From Kiritimatiellia bacterium (lineage in GTDB: Bacteria; Verrucomicrobiota; Kiritimatiellia; RFP12; UBA1067): a DNA stretch of 64,000 nt. The stretch is taken from contig JBMNFY010000017.1 of assembly GCA_050949565.1 (NCBI GenBank), positions 96,001 to 160,000 on the forward strand, given 5' to 3'. The notes beneath the pieces are model-generated. The model saw only the letters and a list, made by a program, of their open reading frames with translations. It searched no databases and had not been told where the DNA came from. A program made the position numbers and the translations under genes. Positions 8,909 through 17,928 of this stretch are shown here, in pieces. Numbering within the stretch: the stretch's first letter is position 1; each line of letters opens with the position of its first letter.

Positions 8909-11220
8909 TTGGTCATGTACACATGCAGGGCATCTGCGGCGTGGGCATGGCCGGCGTGGCCTATCTGCTTGCGCGGCGCGGCTGGAGTGTGAGCGGGTGC
9001 GACGCGCACCTGAATGCGTGGGCCGACTGGCTACGCACGTACGGCGTATGCGTCGAGCAAGGCCATGATCCCGCCCATCTGACAAACGTCGACTGCGTGA
9101 TCGTCACACCAGCGGTCCCGGCTTCCGACCCCGAATTGCTCGCCGCGCATGAACGGGGCCTGCCGGTCTTCCGTCGCGGCGAGGTACTGGCGAAGCTGGT
9201 GTCGGACGCACGCGGCATCGCTGTCTGCGGCGCACACGGCAAGACCACCACGAGTTGTTTCACGGCGCGGTTACTGCAAGAATTGGGGGCTGTGCCGGAG
9301 TGGTGCATTGGCGGCACCACGCCGCGCCTCGGCGGCGTGGCGGGCTGCGGCAACAGTGATCTGCTGGTGGCGGAAGCGGATGAAAGCGACGGCACACTTG
9401 CGCAGTATGCGCCCGCTGTCACAGTGCTCACCGGCATTGATCTGGATCATTTGGAGCACTTCGATGGCGAGACCGCGCTGACCGCCTGTTTTGCCTCGGT
9501 CGTTGCCCGCACGCGCGAAGGTGTCGCGGTCTGCTGTGACAACGCGCGAGCCGACCAAGTGGGTGCCGCAGCCACGGTGCCGCTGCTGCGTTACGGTCTG
9601 GCGGCGGATGCCGATCTGTGTGCGACGGATGTTCGCGTCGAAGCGGGGCGCGTCACGTTTGACGTGACGTGGCGCGGCGTATCGCAAGGGCACATCGCCT
9701 TGGGCGTGGCCGGACAACATAACGCCGTCAACGCGCTGGGCGCCGCCGCTGCCGCACTGTTGCTGGGTCATGCGCCTGAGGCTGTGTTTGCGGCGCTGCC
9801 GCGCGCCTGTGACGAACTGCCGGGACGCCGTTATGAGTGCGTGGCGGATGTGCAGGGCATTCGGATCATCGCCGATTACGCGCACCATCCGGCCGAACTG
9901 AAAGCCGCGCTGGCAATGGCGCGCGAAGAGCGTCCGGCGCGTCTGGTCGCGCTCTTCCAGCCGCATCGTTACACGCGTACGCTGGCGCTGGGGCCAGAAT
10001 TCCCTCCTGCTTTTGCCGAAGCCGACGAAGTGATCCTGCTACCGGTTTATGCGGCTTCCGAAACGCCGCTGGACGGCGGTTGCATCGAAGACCTGTATGC
10101 CCACTTCCGTCACTCTGATAGCCCGCAGCATGCTGACACCGCCGTATCCGCACCGCGCATCGGCCCGCGCCTCAAACTGGCGCGCACGCTGGAGGAGGCG
10201 TGGGCTTACCTGCGGCTGACACTGGCGTCGGGTGATTTGGTAGTGATCGCGGGTGCTGGTGATGTGATCGGCATGGTCGACTTGATCCGCGCAGATCTCG
10301 CGCGTGGTTGGCCGGCACACCGAGACCCCGAAGGTTTTGAGGCGGCATTGAGGGCGTTGCCAGGGGTTGAGGCGGTGCCGTTCGGTGCGTTGACGCACTG
10401 GTCCTATTATCAGGTCGGCGGCTGGGCACGTTGGCGCGTCGAGGTCGTCGACGAAGCGGCGCTGACGGCCGTGGTGCGTTTGTGCAACGCGCACGGGGTG
10501 AACTGGCGCTTTGTGGGGGCGGGCGCCAACTCCTGGTTCAGCGACCTAGGCGAAGCAGGCTGCGTGGTCCGCTTCGCGCCGGGAGCGTTCCGGGGATTCG
10601 ACGTGCATGGTGACGAGGTAACGGCGGAGTGCGGCTGGATGGGGCCAGCGCTGCTGGATCGGCTGGAGCGCGAGGGGTTTTCGGGGCTTGAGTGTCTTGA
10701 TAGCGTGCCGGGCACGCTGGGCGGCTGGCTGGCGATGAATGCCGGAGCGCACGGTGGCGAAATCGGGGCGCGAGTTGCTTGGATTCGCTGTTTGAATCCG
10801 GTCGGTGAAATCGCTATACTGGACGCTATCGATTGTGGATTTGGCTACCGTCGGTGTGATGGGCTGGCCGGGTGTGTCGCGTTGGCTTGCGGATTGCGGC
10901 TGGAACGCACGACACCGGAGCAGGTCGCAACGTTGCGGAAGGCAGTGCGCGCCAAGCGGATGCCCCTTTCGGGGTTGCGCTGCGCGGGATCGGTTTTCAA
11001 AAATCCGGAGGGCACGGCCGCCGGACGCATGTTGGATGCAGCGGGGTGCAAGGGCATGCGGATCGGCGGCGCGTACGTGACGGATTTTCATGCGAACATT
11101 GTTGCGACCGACAGGACTGCAACAGCCTCGGATGTGTTGGCGGTGGTGATGCGGATGCGCGGTCGTGTCGTGCGCCACAATGACGTGCGGCTGACGGCGG
11201 AAGTTAGCGGTTTTTTTTAG
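8902..11220 (+). CDS. murC: Fused UDP-N-acetylmuramate--L-alanine ligase / UDP-N-acetylenolpyruvoylglucosamine reductase (MurC-MurB)
   Basis: GICGVGM, GAHGKTTT, EADESDG, DYAHHP, FQPHRYTRT (MurC), then GAGAN, PGTLGG..MNAGAHG, GSVFKNP, HAN (MurB). Confidence 0.93.
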   Translation: MVVGHVHMQGICGVGMAGVAYLLARRGWSVSGCDAHLNAWADWLRTYGVCVEQGHDPAHLTNVDCVIVTPAVPASDPELLAAHERGLPVFRRGEVLAKLVSDARGIAVCGAHGKTTTSCFTARLLQELGAVPEWCIGGTTPRLGGVAGCGNSDLLVAEADESDGTLAQYAPAVTVLTGIDLDHLEHFDGETALTACFASVVARTREGVAVCCDNARADQVGAAATVPLLRYGLAADADLCATDVRVEAGRVTFDVTWRGVSQGHIALGVAGQHNAVNALGAAAAALLLGHAPEAVFAALPRACDELPGRRYECVADVQGIRIIADYAHHPAELKAALAMAREERPARLVALFQPHRYTRTLALGPEFPPAFAEADEVILLPVYAASETPLDGGCIEDLYAHFRHSDSPQHADTAVSAPRIGPRLKLARTLEEAWAYLRLTLASGDLVVIAGAGDVIGMVDLIRADLARGWPAHRDPEGFEAALRALPGVEAVPFGALTHWSYYQVGGWARWRVEVVDEAALTAVVRLCNAHGVNWRFVGAGANSWFSDLGEAGCVVRFAPGAFRGFDVHGDEVTAECGWMGPALLDRLEREGFSGLECLDSVPGTLGGWLAMNAGAHGGEIGARVAWIRCLNPVGEIAILDAIDCGFGYRRCDGLAGCVALACGLRLERTTPEQVATLRKAVRAKRMPLSGLRCAGSVFKNPEGTAAGRMLDAAGCKGMRIGGAYVTDFHANIVATDRTATASDVLAVVMRMRGRVVRHNDVRLTAEVSGFF

Positions 11221-11223
11221 GAT

Positions 11224-11324
11224 GAGGATCTTGCAAAACCTCTCGTGGCATGGGCGTCCCGCCCATGAAACACGGGCAAGATGCCCGTGCCACACCTGTA
11301 GGCAAGGGTTTTTGCAAGAGCCTC
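11224..11324. mobile_element. ~100-bp MITE-like element with internal palindrome pair (copy 1)
   Basis: Terminal inverted repeats gaggatcttgcaaaacc / ggtttttgcaagagcctc; near-identical copy at 47532-47631. Confidence 0.65.
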
Positions 11325-11340
11325 TAGATGAGAGAGCGGA

Positions 11341-12246
11341 TTGAACGATATGAAACGGGTTGCGGTCATCATGGGCGGGACCTCCAACGAGCGCGAAGTG
11401 TCGCTCCGGTCGGGTGCTGCGGTGGTTGAGGGGTTAGAGGCGGCGGGATACGATGCGCGGCCGGTGGTGCTGGAGCGGGATCAATTGGAGGGGCTACCCG
11501 AAGGCATCCAAGCGGTCTTCATCGCGTTACACGGCGGGTACGGCGAAAATGGTGGCGTGCAGGCCGATCTGGATCGTCTGGGGTTGCCGTACACCGGGCC
11601 GGGCGCTGCGGCCAGCCGGATTACGATCGACAAGATCGCCACCAAGCGTGTACTGGAACGGGCGGGCGTGCCGACCGCGCCCTACGAGGTGCTGCCGCGC
11701 GGTGTGTCGGAGACCACGCTGTCGTTGCCGGTGGTGGTAAAACCGCCGCGCGACGGATCGAGCGTCGGCATCACCAAGGTGAACGTTGCGGACGAGTGGC
11801 CGGCCGCGTTGGCGGCGGCGCGTGAGGTTGACGCGCAGGGCGAGGTGCTGGTGGAGACCTACATACCGGGCCGCGAGTGGACGGTGGGCGTGCTTGATGG
11901 CGAGGCGTTGCCGGTGGTTGAGATTCAGACGCCGCATGATTGGTATGGCTTTCAGGAGAAGTACACAGCAGGTGTGACGCGTTACGCATTTCCGCAAGCG
12001 GAAGAGGACCGGCCGCTGGTGGCGTCGTGTCAAGTGCTGGCGCTGGTGGCGTTTAAAGCGGTGGGATGTCGTGGCGTGAGCCGCGTGGACTTCCGGGTAA
12101 CGCCTGACGGGAAGCCGTACGTGCTGGAAATCAATACGGTGCCAGGGTTCACGTCGACAAGCCTGTTGCCTAAGGCGGCGGCCCAAGCGGGGATTTCATT
12201 CAGTGCGTTGTGCGCGCGGTTAGTGGAAAGCGCGGCCTGCGGATGA
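11341..12246 (+). CDS. ddl: D-alanine--D-alanine ligase
   Basis: GGTSNEREVSLRSG, LHGGYGENG, KPPRDGSSVG, LEINTVPGFT. Confidence 0.96.
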   Translation: MNDMKRVAVIMGGTSNEREVSLRSGAAVVEGLEAAGYDARPVVLERDQLEGLPEGIQAVFIALHGGYGENGGVQADLDRLGLPYTGPGAAASRITIDKIATKRVLERAGVPTAPYEVLPRGVSETTLSLPVVVKPPRDGSSVGITKVNVADEWPAALAAAREVDAQGEVLVETYIPGREWTVGVLDGEALPVVEIQTPHDWYGFQEKYTAGVTRYAFPQAEEDRPLVASCQVLALVAFKAVGCRGVSRVDFRVTPDGKPYVLEINTVPGFTSTSLLPKAAAQAGISFSALCARLVESAACG

Positions 12247-12265
12247 TGGAAGGCCGGGATCAGCA

Positions 12266-13138
12266 ATGAAGTGGAAACTGTCCATAGGGAGCAAGGGTAA
12301 AAAACGGGGCAACCGGCTCATGAAAAGCGGTCGGCGTGTGACTGGCGTCGTGACGGATCTGCCAGCCAGCGTGAAACTTACGGCCGCGCTTATGGCCTGT
12401 GTCGTCGTGTTGCTGCTCGGCGTGTGGGGGGTGTGGAAGCTGTTCATCGCCTACTATTTCAAGGGGCAGTCGCTGTTCGTGTTGCGCGACCTGCGCAGTT
12501 CGGTGGTGATCGTGACCGGGCGGACGCTGACGCCCGACCTGATTTGCGAAAAACTCGGACTGCGCGAGGGAGTCAACCTCTTCTCGATCCCGATTGAGGA
12601 GAAGCGGCGCGAACTGTTGGAGCAGGCACCGAACATCCGCGAGATTTCCATCGTGCGGCGCATGCCGGACAAACTGGCAATCACGATCGTAGAGCGCGAG
12701 CCGATCGCGCGTGTGGGGTCACACGGCCGCGTAGTCGATAAAGAAGGCGTGGTGTTCATCCGTTACGCGGGTACGGGGGGACTGCCGCTCATCAAGGGCA
12801 CAGAGTTTTCGCAGATCAAGCCCGGCGAACGCCTGCACGGCAACGAGTTGGCTGCGGTGCGCTTGATCCATAGTACGCTGCGGCCCGAATGTTCGATGCG
12901 GTTACTGGCGGTGGATGCGTCCAAAGAAGACTATCTGTTACTGACCTTCTCTGATTACCGTCAGGCGAAGTTTGCATGGCGCGGGATGGCGAATGACCTG
13001 AAAGAACCCGACGTGCTAATGCAGCGGCATTTTGACAATTTGGCGAAGGCCATGGAAAGTGAGATCGGCAAACCGAGGATGATGTGGGACGCGACGCTGC
13101 CCGATCGTGTCTTCGCGATGCCAGTGGGGGTTCAATGA
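12266..13138 (+). CDS. ftsQ: Cell division protein FtsQ/DivIB
   Basis: Single TM helix, POTRA-like segment (..RRMPDKLAITIVEREPIA), located between ddl and ftsA. Confidence 0.8.
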   Translation: MKWKLSIGSKGKKRGNRLMKSGRRVTGVVTDLPASVKLTAALMACVVVLLLGVWGVWKLFIAYYFKGQSLFVLRDLRSSVVIVTGRTLTPDLICEKLGLREGVNLFSIPIEEKRRELLEQAPNIREISIVRRMPDKLAITIVEREPIARVGSHGRVVDKEGVVFIRYAGTGGLPLIKGTEFSQIKPGERLHGNELAAVRLIHSTLRPECSMRLLAVDASKEDYLLLTFSDYRQAKFAWRGMANDLKEPDVLMQRHFDNLAKAMESEIGKPRMMWDATLPDRVFAMPVGVQ

Positions 13139-13157
13139 AAGGAAGAGGCAAGGGCAT

Positions 13158-14357
13158 ATGGCGATTCCTCCAATAGCGGCGTTAGAGATCGGCACGTCGC
13201 GCACCGTGGTGTGCGTGGGCGAGTCTGAGAATGGTCGCGTCAAGATCACCGGCACGGGGTCCTATCCCACGACCGGTGTGCGAAAAGGCCAGATATTCGA
13301 TGTGACGCAGGCGCGCACGGGTGTTGAAACGGCGGTGAAGCAAGCCGAGAAGCAATCGGACGTGAGTATTTGGCAGGTGTTGCTGGCGTTGTCCGGCGGC
13401 CATATCATGACTACTGTCAATCCGGGGATGTTGACAATCCGCTCGAGCGATTACGTGGTTTCGCGTGACCACATCGAAGAGGTGATTGAAAACGCCAAGG
13501 AAGTGCATCTCGATCCTGATCGGCAAGTGCTGCACACGATCACCCAAACGTTCACGGTGGACGATCAGCCCGGAATCGTCAAGCCGGAGGGCATGCGCTG
13601 CAAAATGCTCTCACTGAACGTCATGGCGGTACACGGCGTAAAGAGCCGGATCGAGAACGCAGTCAATGTGGCGAAAAGCGCGGGTCTGGAAGTGGTCGAT
13701 GTGGCTTTTTCAGGAGTGTGCGCGGCTTTGGCGGCACTGACGGTGGAGCAAAAACGCAACGGCGTGGTATTGATCGATCTGGGCGGCGGCACCACAAACT
13801 ACGTCGCCTACAGCAACGATGTGGTTGTGGCGCTCGGCAGTGTGGCGGTCGGCGGCGATCACGTCACCAATGACATCGCCTTGGCATTTAACATTCCGCA
13901 GAACAGTGCCGAGGAGTTGAAACGTACCGAAGGTTCCGCGCTGATTGATGCGGAGAGTGGAACGGAGCGGATCACGCTGAAGACTGCCGTAGGTTTTGAG
14001 GAGCGCACGCTGAGTTGCAAGGCACTGCACACGGTGATCAATGCGCGCATGGATGAGACATTGCGCGTGGTACGTGCGCGACTGCACGAGGCCGGTGTGT
14101 TGCCGCATGTCGGCGGCGGTGTGGTGCTGACGGGCGGCGGCGCTTATCTGCGCAGAGTCACCGAGTTGGCCCAGCGCGTTTTCGGCGCACCGTGCCGCAT
14201 CGGTGTGCCGGTGAATGTCGACGGTTTGGAGCAGGAGGATCAGCCCGCCGCGCTGTGCACAGCGGCCGGTCTGGCCTTGTACGGACACATGACCTATGAA
14301 GACCGTGGTGTGCTGGCACCGGTCAAAAACATCTTTAGGGGGTTGTTCAGGCGATGA
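13158..14357 (+). CDS. ftsA: Cell division protein FtsA
   Basis: LEIGTSRT, IDLGGGTT, VGGDHVTNDIA, VLTGGGA, amphipathic C-terminus. Confidence 0.95.
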   Translation: MAIPPIAALEIGTSRTVVCVGESENGRVKITGTGSYPTTGVRKGQIFDVTQARTGVETAVKQAEKQSDVSIWQVLLALSGGHIMTTVNPGMLTIRSSDYVVSRDHIEEVIENAKEVHLDPDRQVLHTITQTFTVDDQPGIVKPEGMRCKMLSLNVMAVHGVKSRIENAVNVAKSAGLEVVDVAFSGVCAALAALTVEQKRNGVVLIDLGGGTTNYVAYSNDVVVALGSVAVGGDHVTNDIALAFNIPQNSAEELKRTEGSALIDAESGTERITLKTAVGFEERTLSCKALHTVINARMDETLRVVRARLHEAGVLPHVGGGVVLTGGGAYLRRVTELAQRVFGAPCRIGVPVNVDGLEQEDQPAALCTAAGLALYGHMTYEDRGVLAPVKNIFRGLFRR

Positions 14358-15544
14358 ATCAGGAGCAACAACATACAGGATTGCTTTTGCTCGGCGTGGG
14401 GGGCGGCGGTTGCCGTCTTGCCGCGTCGGTCCGCGCCGCCTACGGTGAGGGTCTGCGTGTACTGTGTGTCGATACGGACGCGCAGCCGTTACGCACTGCG
14501 GCTGGTGCCGGCATACCGACTGTGCTGCTTGGCGGCTCGCGGCTCTCCGGCCACGGCACAGGCGGCGACGCGATTCTCGGGCGTCTGGCCGCACAAGATG
14601 ATCTTGAAACACTGTGCGCCCAAATGCAGGATGTGAGAACGGTGGTGATCCTCGCAAGTTTGGGCGGCGGCACGGGCGGTGGTGCCACGCCTGAGATTAT
14701 CAAAGCCTTGCACGATATGGGCTTGGCCACCGTCTGCTTTGCCACGCGGCCATTCACCTTTGAGGGTGATGCCCGCGCAAAGTTGGCTTCCCGTGTGCTG
14801 CCGATGATTGAGGAGACGGCGGATTCGCTGATCGTAATCCCGCTGGATGATCTGTTCAGCGACGCGCACGAAGAAATGCTGGCCGATGCGATTCAGGTTG
14901 CGGAAAATTTGATTTCTGCAGGCGTGACGCTGCTGTGGCGGCTGTTGACCAAGCCAGGCTTCATCCAACTTGATCCCGAAAGACTGCATACCATGGTGCT
15001 GACAGGTGGCAATGCGCGCCTGGGTTTTGCGTCAGCCTCTGGAGCGGATCGTGCGCGTCATGCGGTCGAGGCGCTCAAGAGCTGCCATCTGCTGCGCAAA
15101 GGTGACTCGTTGACCAAGGCAAGCGCTGTGATGCTGGGCATTCTAGCTGGTCCCGATTTGCGGCTGGCTGAAATCGGCGAGGTCATGGATGCGTTACGCC
15201 GCCATGCTAAAAAAGGTTGTTTGTTTGAAATGGGCACAGTGCTCGATGCGCGGTATGAAGGGCGCATCGAACTGGTCGCCCTCTCGTTTGAAAGCTGGAG
15301 TGCCGCAGTCGGCCAGCCTGTTCCGGCGGCCACGGATGCCGTGCCGCCTAGCGCTGCGGAACCGCCGGTGGCCGACACCTTCCCCATCCAGCCGGGAAGC
15401 CGGCGTAGTCGCATGAAAGGCAGCAAGCTCTCCTTCGGCGCAACCGGACGCGGCAAGTTCCGCGACGTGGAACCCACATTGCATGAGGGACAGGATCTCG
15501 ATGTGCCGACCTATATTCGGCGCGGGATCGCACTGGAACGTTAG
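14354..15544 (+). CDS. ftsZ: Divergent FtsZ
   Basis: GVGGGG, DTDAQ, LGGGTGGG, PFTFEG and C-terminal DLDVPTYIRR; directly after ftsA; T7 loop atypical. Confidence 0.88.
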   Translation: MNQEQQHTGLLLLGVGGGGCRLAASVRAAYGEGLRVLCVDTDAQPLRTAAGAGIPTVLLGGSRLSGHGTGGDAILGRLAAQDDLETLCAQMQDVRTVVILASLGGGTGGGATPEIIKALHDMGLATVCFATRPFTFEGDARAKLASRVLPMIEETADSLIVIPLDDLFSDAHEEMLADAIQVAENLISAGVTLLWRLLTKPGFIQLDPERLHTMVLTGGNARLGFASASGADRARHAVEALKSCHLLRKGDSLTKASAVMLGILAGPDLRLAEIGEVMDALRRHAKKGCLFEMGTVLDARYEGRIELVALSFESWSAAVGQPVPAATDAVPPSAAEPPVADTFPIQPGSRRSRMKGSKLSFGATGRGKFRDVEPTLHEGQDLDVPTYIRRGIALER

Positions 15545-15567
15545 AACGGCTGAACAGAGGGGGCGGG

Positions 15568-17850
15568 ATGAAAAGAGTGTGTGCGCTTCTGGTTTGTTTG
15601 GGCGCGGCTTGGGCGATGGCAGAACCGCTAGCAGGAACCCAACCGCTGACCGGAACGAATGACCTTTCCGATGCCTATCTGAGCGGGCTCGACCGTTTCA
15701 CGTTGCGCGAGACGGAACGCATCGCGGCCGAGAGATCAACGCAATGGCGTCGTCGTTTGTCCGAGGGCGGTCCGGCTGCCGCCGCGTGGCTGGTCACGAA
15801 CAGGACCGAACTGGGCCGCATGCTCGGCGTACGTGATGCGCGCGTGCCCTTCGATGCGCCCGAAACGCTCGGCACACTTTCGCATGACGCGGTCGTGGGA
15901 CATACCGAGACGCATACGCTGTTGCGCATCCGCTGGCCGGTGATCGGTGATTTTGCAGCCGAGGGCCTGTTGCTCGAACCGACACAGTCGTCGGCCATCA
16001 TCACCAACATCGTGCATCTGCCGCATGCGGGCATCACACCTGAACAGGTACTGGGGCTCACGAATGGTGCCGCTGCAGCGTCGCGTCTGGGCTTTCGCTT
16101 CCCGCCGTCGAATTGCCGAATGGTTGTGCCCGCTGTGATCAGTCGAAAAAAATCCAAATACCTGAGCGAACTGCCCGATCTTTCCCGCAAACCGGGCGCG
16201 GCCACGCGCGGCGGCAGAGTCATGACCGCCCGCGAATTTGTCTATCGCCCGGCCTATGTGATGGGACGGCATGTGATCGGCTATGAGGTACAGGAGGTGT
16301 TGGCGCTGATCGATTGGTTCCGCGCCCAAACCCCGTCGGCATCGGTCCAAGTCGAGGGATGGGGCGACGGCGGCATGCTGGCGCTGTATGCGGGAGCGCT
16401 GGACATGCGGATCGATCATACCGTGGTGGCCGGCTACTTCGGCCCGCGTGAGGCCTTGTGGCGCGAACCGATCGACCGCAACGTTTTTGGTCTGCTACGT
16501 CACTTCGGCGATGCAGAGATGGCCGCGCTGATCGCGCCGCGGCGGCTCACCGTCCTGTCCACACCGGGACCGGAAGAGACGATCACACGTGAGTTGAAGC
16601 AGGGCGAAGGCGGCGCTCCGGGCGAGTTGGTCTCGCCGACAGCGGATGCCGTCGACCGCGAGGTGGCGCGCGCCCGCGAGTTGGTGCCGTCCGACGGCGG
16701 CGGCTGGCTCGTGCGGGTGACGGAACGCGAGGCCGCCGACAGCCACGATTCCGCTGCGTCCTTGGCGGGCGGCAAGTGGCACGGTGCGACGGTCGATGCG
16801 GCGGCGTGTGCGGCACGGGAAGCGCGGCTGGTCAAGGGGATGAATGCGTTTTCGCAGCATCTGATAGCGGTTTCGCCGGCGGTGCGCCATGCGTTTCTCG
16901 CCGACCTTGATCTCTCTTCGCCCGCAGCGTTTGACCGTTCCGCCGCAGCGTACCGCACGTATTATCTGGAGCGCGTGATGGGCCGCATTGACAGTGCACG
17001 GACAACAGCGTTGAATCCGCGCACGCGCGTGATCGAGAAGACCGCTGCGTATACCTGTTACGAGGTGGTGCTGGATGTGCTGCCTGATTTCATACTTTAC
17101 GGGTTTCTGTTGGTTCCAAACAACATTCAAGCGGGCGAGCGACGCCCGTTGATCGTCGCGCAACACGGACGCGGCGGCACACCGCGCACGCTCATGTCAT
17201 TGCAGAACGGCGGTCGTAAAACGTACCACGAGATCGCGCCACGCCTTGCGGAACGGGGCTACCTCGTGTTTTCGCCGCAAAATCCGTATGTGTTTGAAGA
17301 CCGCTACCGTCAGCTCGTCCGTAAGGCGAATCCGCTGCAATGGACCCTCTACTCATACATCCATCTCCAGTATGAGCAGATGTTCGACTGGCTGGACACC
17401 TTGCCCTTTGTGGACGGCGCGCGCATTGCGTTCATCGGCCAATCCTACGGCGGCAAGACAGCGGTGCGCGTGCCGCCGGTGATGCCGCGCTTCTGTCTGG
17501 TGGTGGCGACAGGCGACTTTAATGAGGGCATCATCAAGATGGCCTCGACCCGCTATCCCTTCAGCTTCGCGCTGGTGGATGAGTACGAGATGTTCGAGTT
17601 TGATCTCGGCAACACCTTCAACTACGCCGACCTTGCCGGTCTGCTGATACCGCGTCCGTTCATGGCGCAACGCGGCCACACGGACGGTGTGGCCTGGGAC
17701 GAGTTTGTCGGCTACGAATATGCGCGTGTACGACGCCTGTATACGAGACTCGGCTTGTCCGACCGCACGGCGATTCACTGGTTTGACGGCGGACACGAGA
17801 TTGCGGTCGATGCCGCCTGCGATTTTTTTGACCGCTTCCTAAAACCGTGA
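15568..17850 (+). CDS. Secreted tandem alpha/beta-hydrolase (dienelactone hydrolase-like)
   Basis: Signal peptide; two hydrolase repeats with GWGDGG and GQSYGG elbows; C-terminal GGH. Confidence 0.75.
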   Translation: MKRVCALLVCLGAAWAMAEPLAGTQPLTGTNDLSDAYLSGLDRFTLRETERIAAERSTQWRRRLSEGGPAAAAWLVTNRTELGRMLGVRDARVPFDAPETLGTLSHDAVVGHTETHTLLRIRWPVIGDFAAEGLLLEPTQSSAIITNIVHLPHAGITPEQVLGLTNGAAAASRLGFRFPPSNCRMVVPAVISRKKSKYLSELPDLSRKPGAATRGGRVMTAREFVYRPAYVMGRHVIGYEVQEVLALIDWFRAQTPSASVQVEGWGDGGMLALYAGALDMRIDHTVVAGYFGPREALWREPIDRNVFGLLRHFGDAEMAALIAPRRLTVLSTPGPEETITRELKQGEGGAPGELVSPTADAVDREVARARELVPSDGGGWLVRVTEREAADSHDSAASLAGGKWHGATVDAAACAAREARLVKGMNAFSQHLIAVSPAVRHAFLADLDLSSPAAFDRSAAAYRTYYLERVMGRIDSARTTALNPRTRVIEKTAAYTCYEVVLDVLPDFILYGFLLVPNNIQAGERRPLIVAQHGRGGTPRTLMSLQNGGRKTYHEIAPRLAERGYLVFSPQNPYVFEDRYRQLVRKANPLQWTLYSYIHLQYEQMFDWLDTLPFVDGARIAFIGQSYGGKTAVRVPPVMPRFCLVVATGDFNEGIIKMASTRYPFSFALVDEYEMFEFDLGNTFNYADLAGLLIPRPFMAQRGHTDGVAWDEFVGYEYARVRRLYTRLGLSDRTAIHWFDGGHEIAVDAACDFFDRFLKP

Positions 17851-17928
17851 CGCGCGGGATGCCGTGATCGGGACCCACACGAAAGCAAGTGCCTTCGTGT
17901 GAGTAACAGAGATGTTTTGCGCAGCGCC

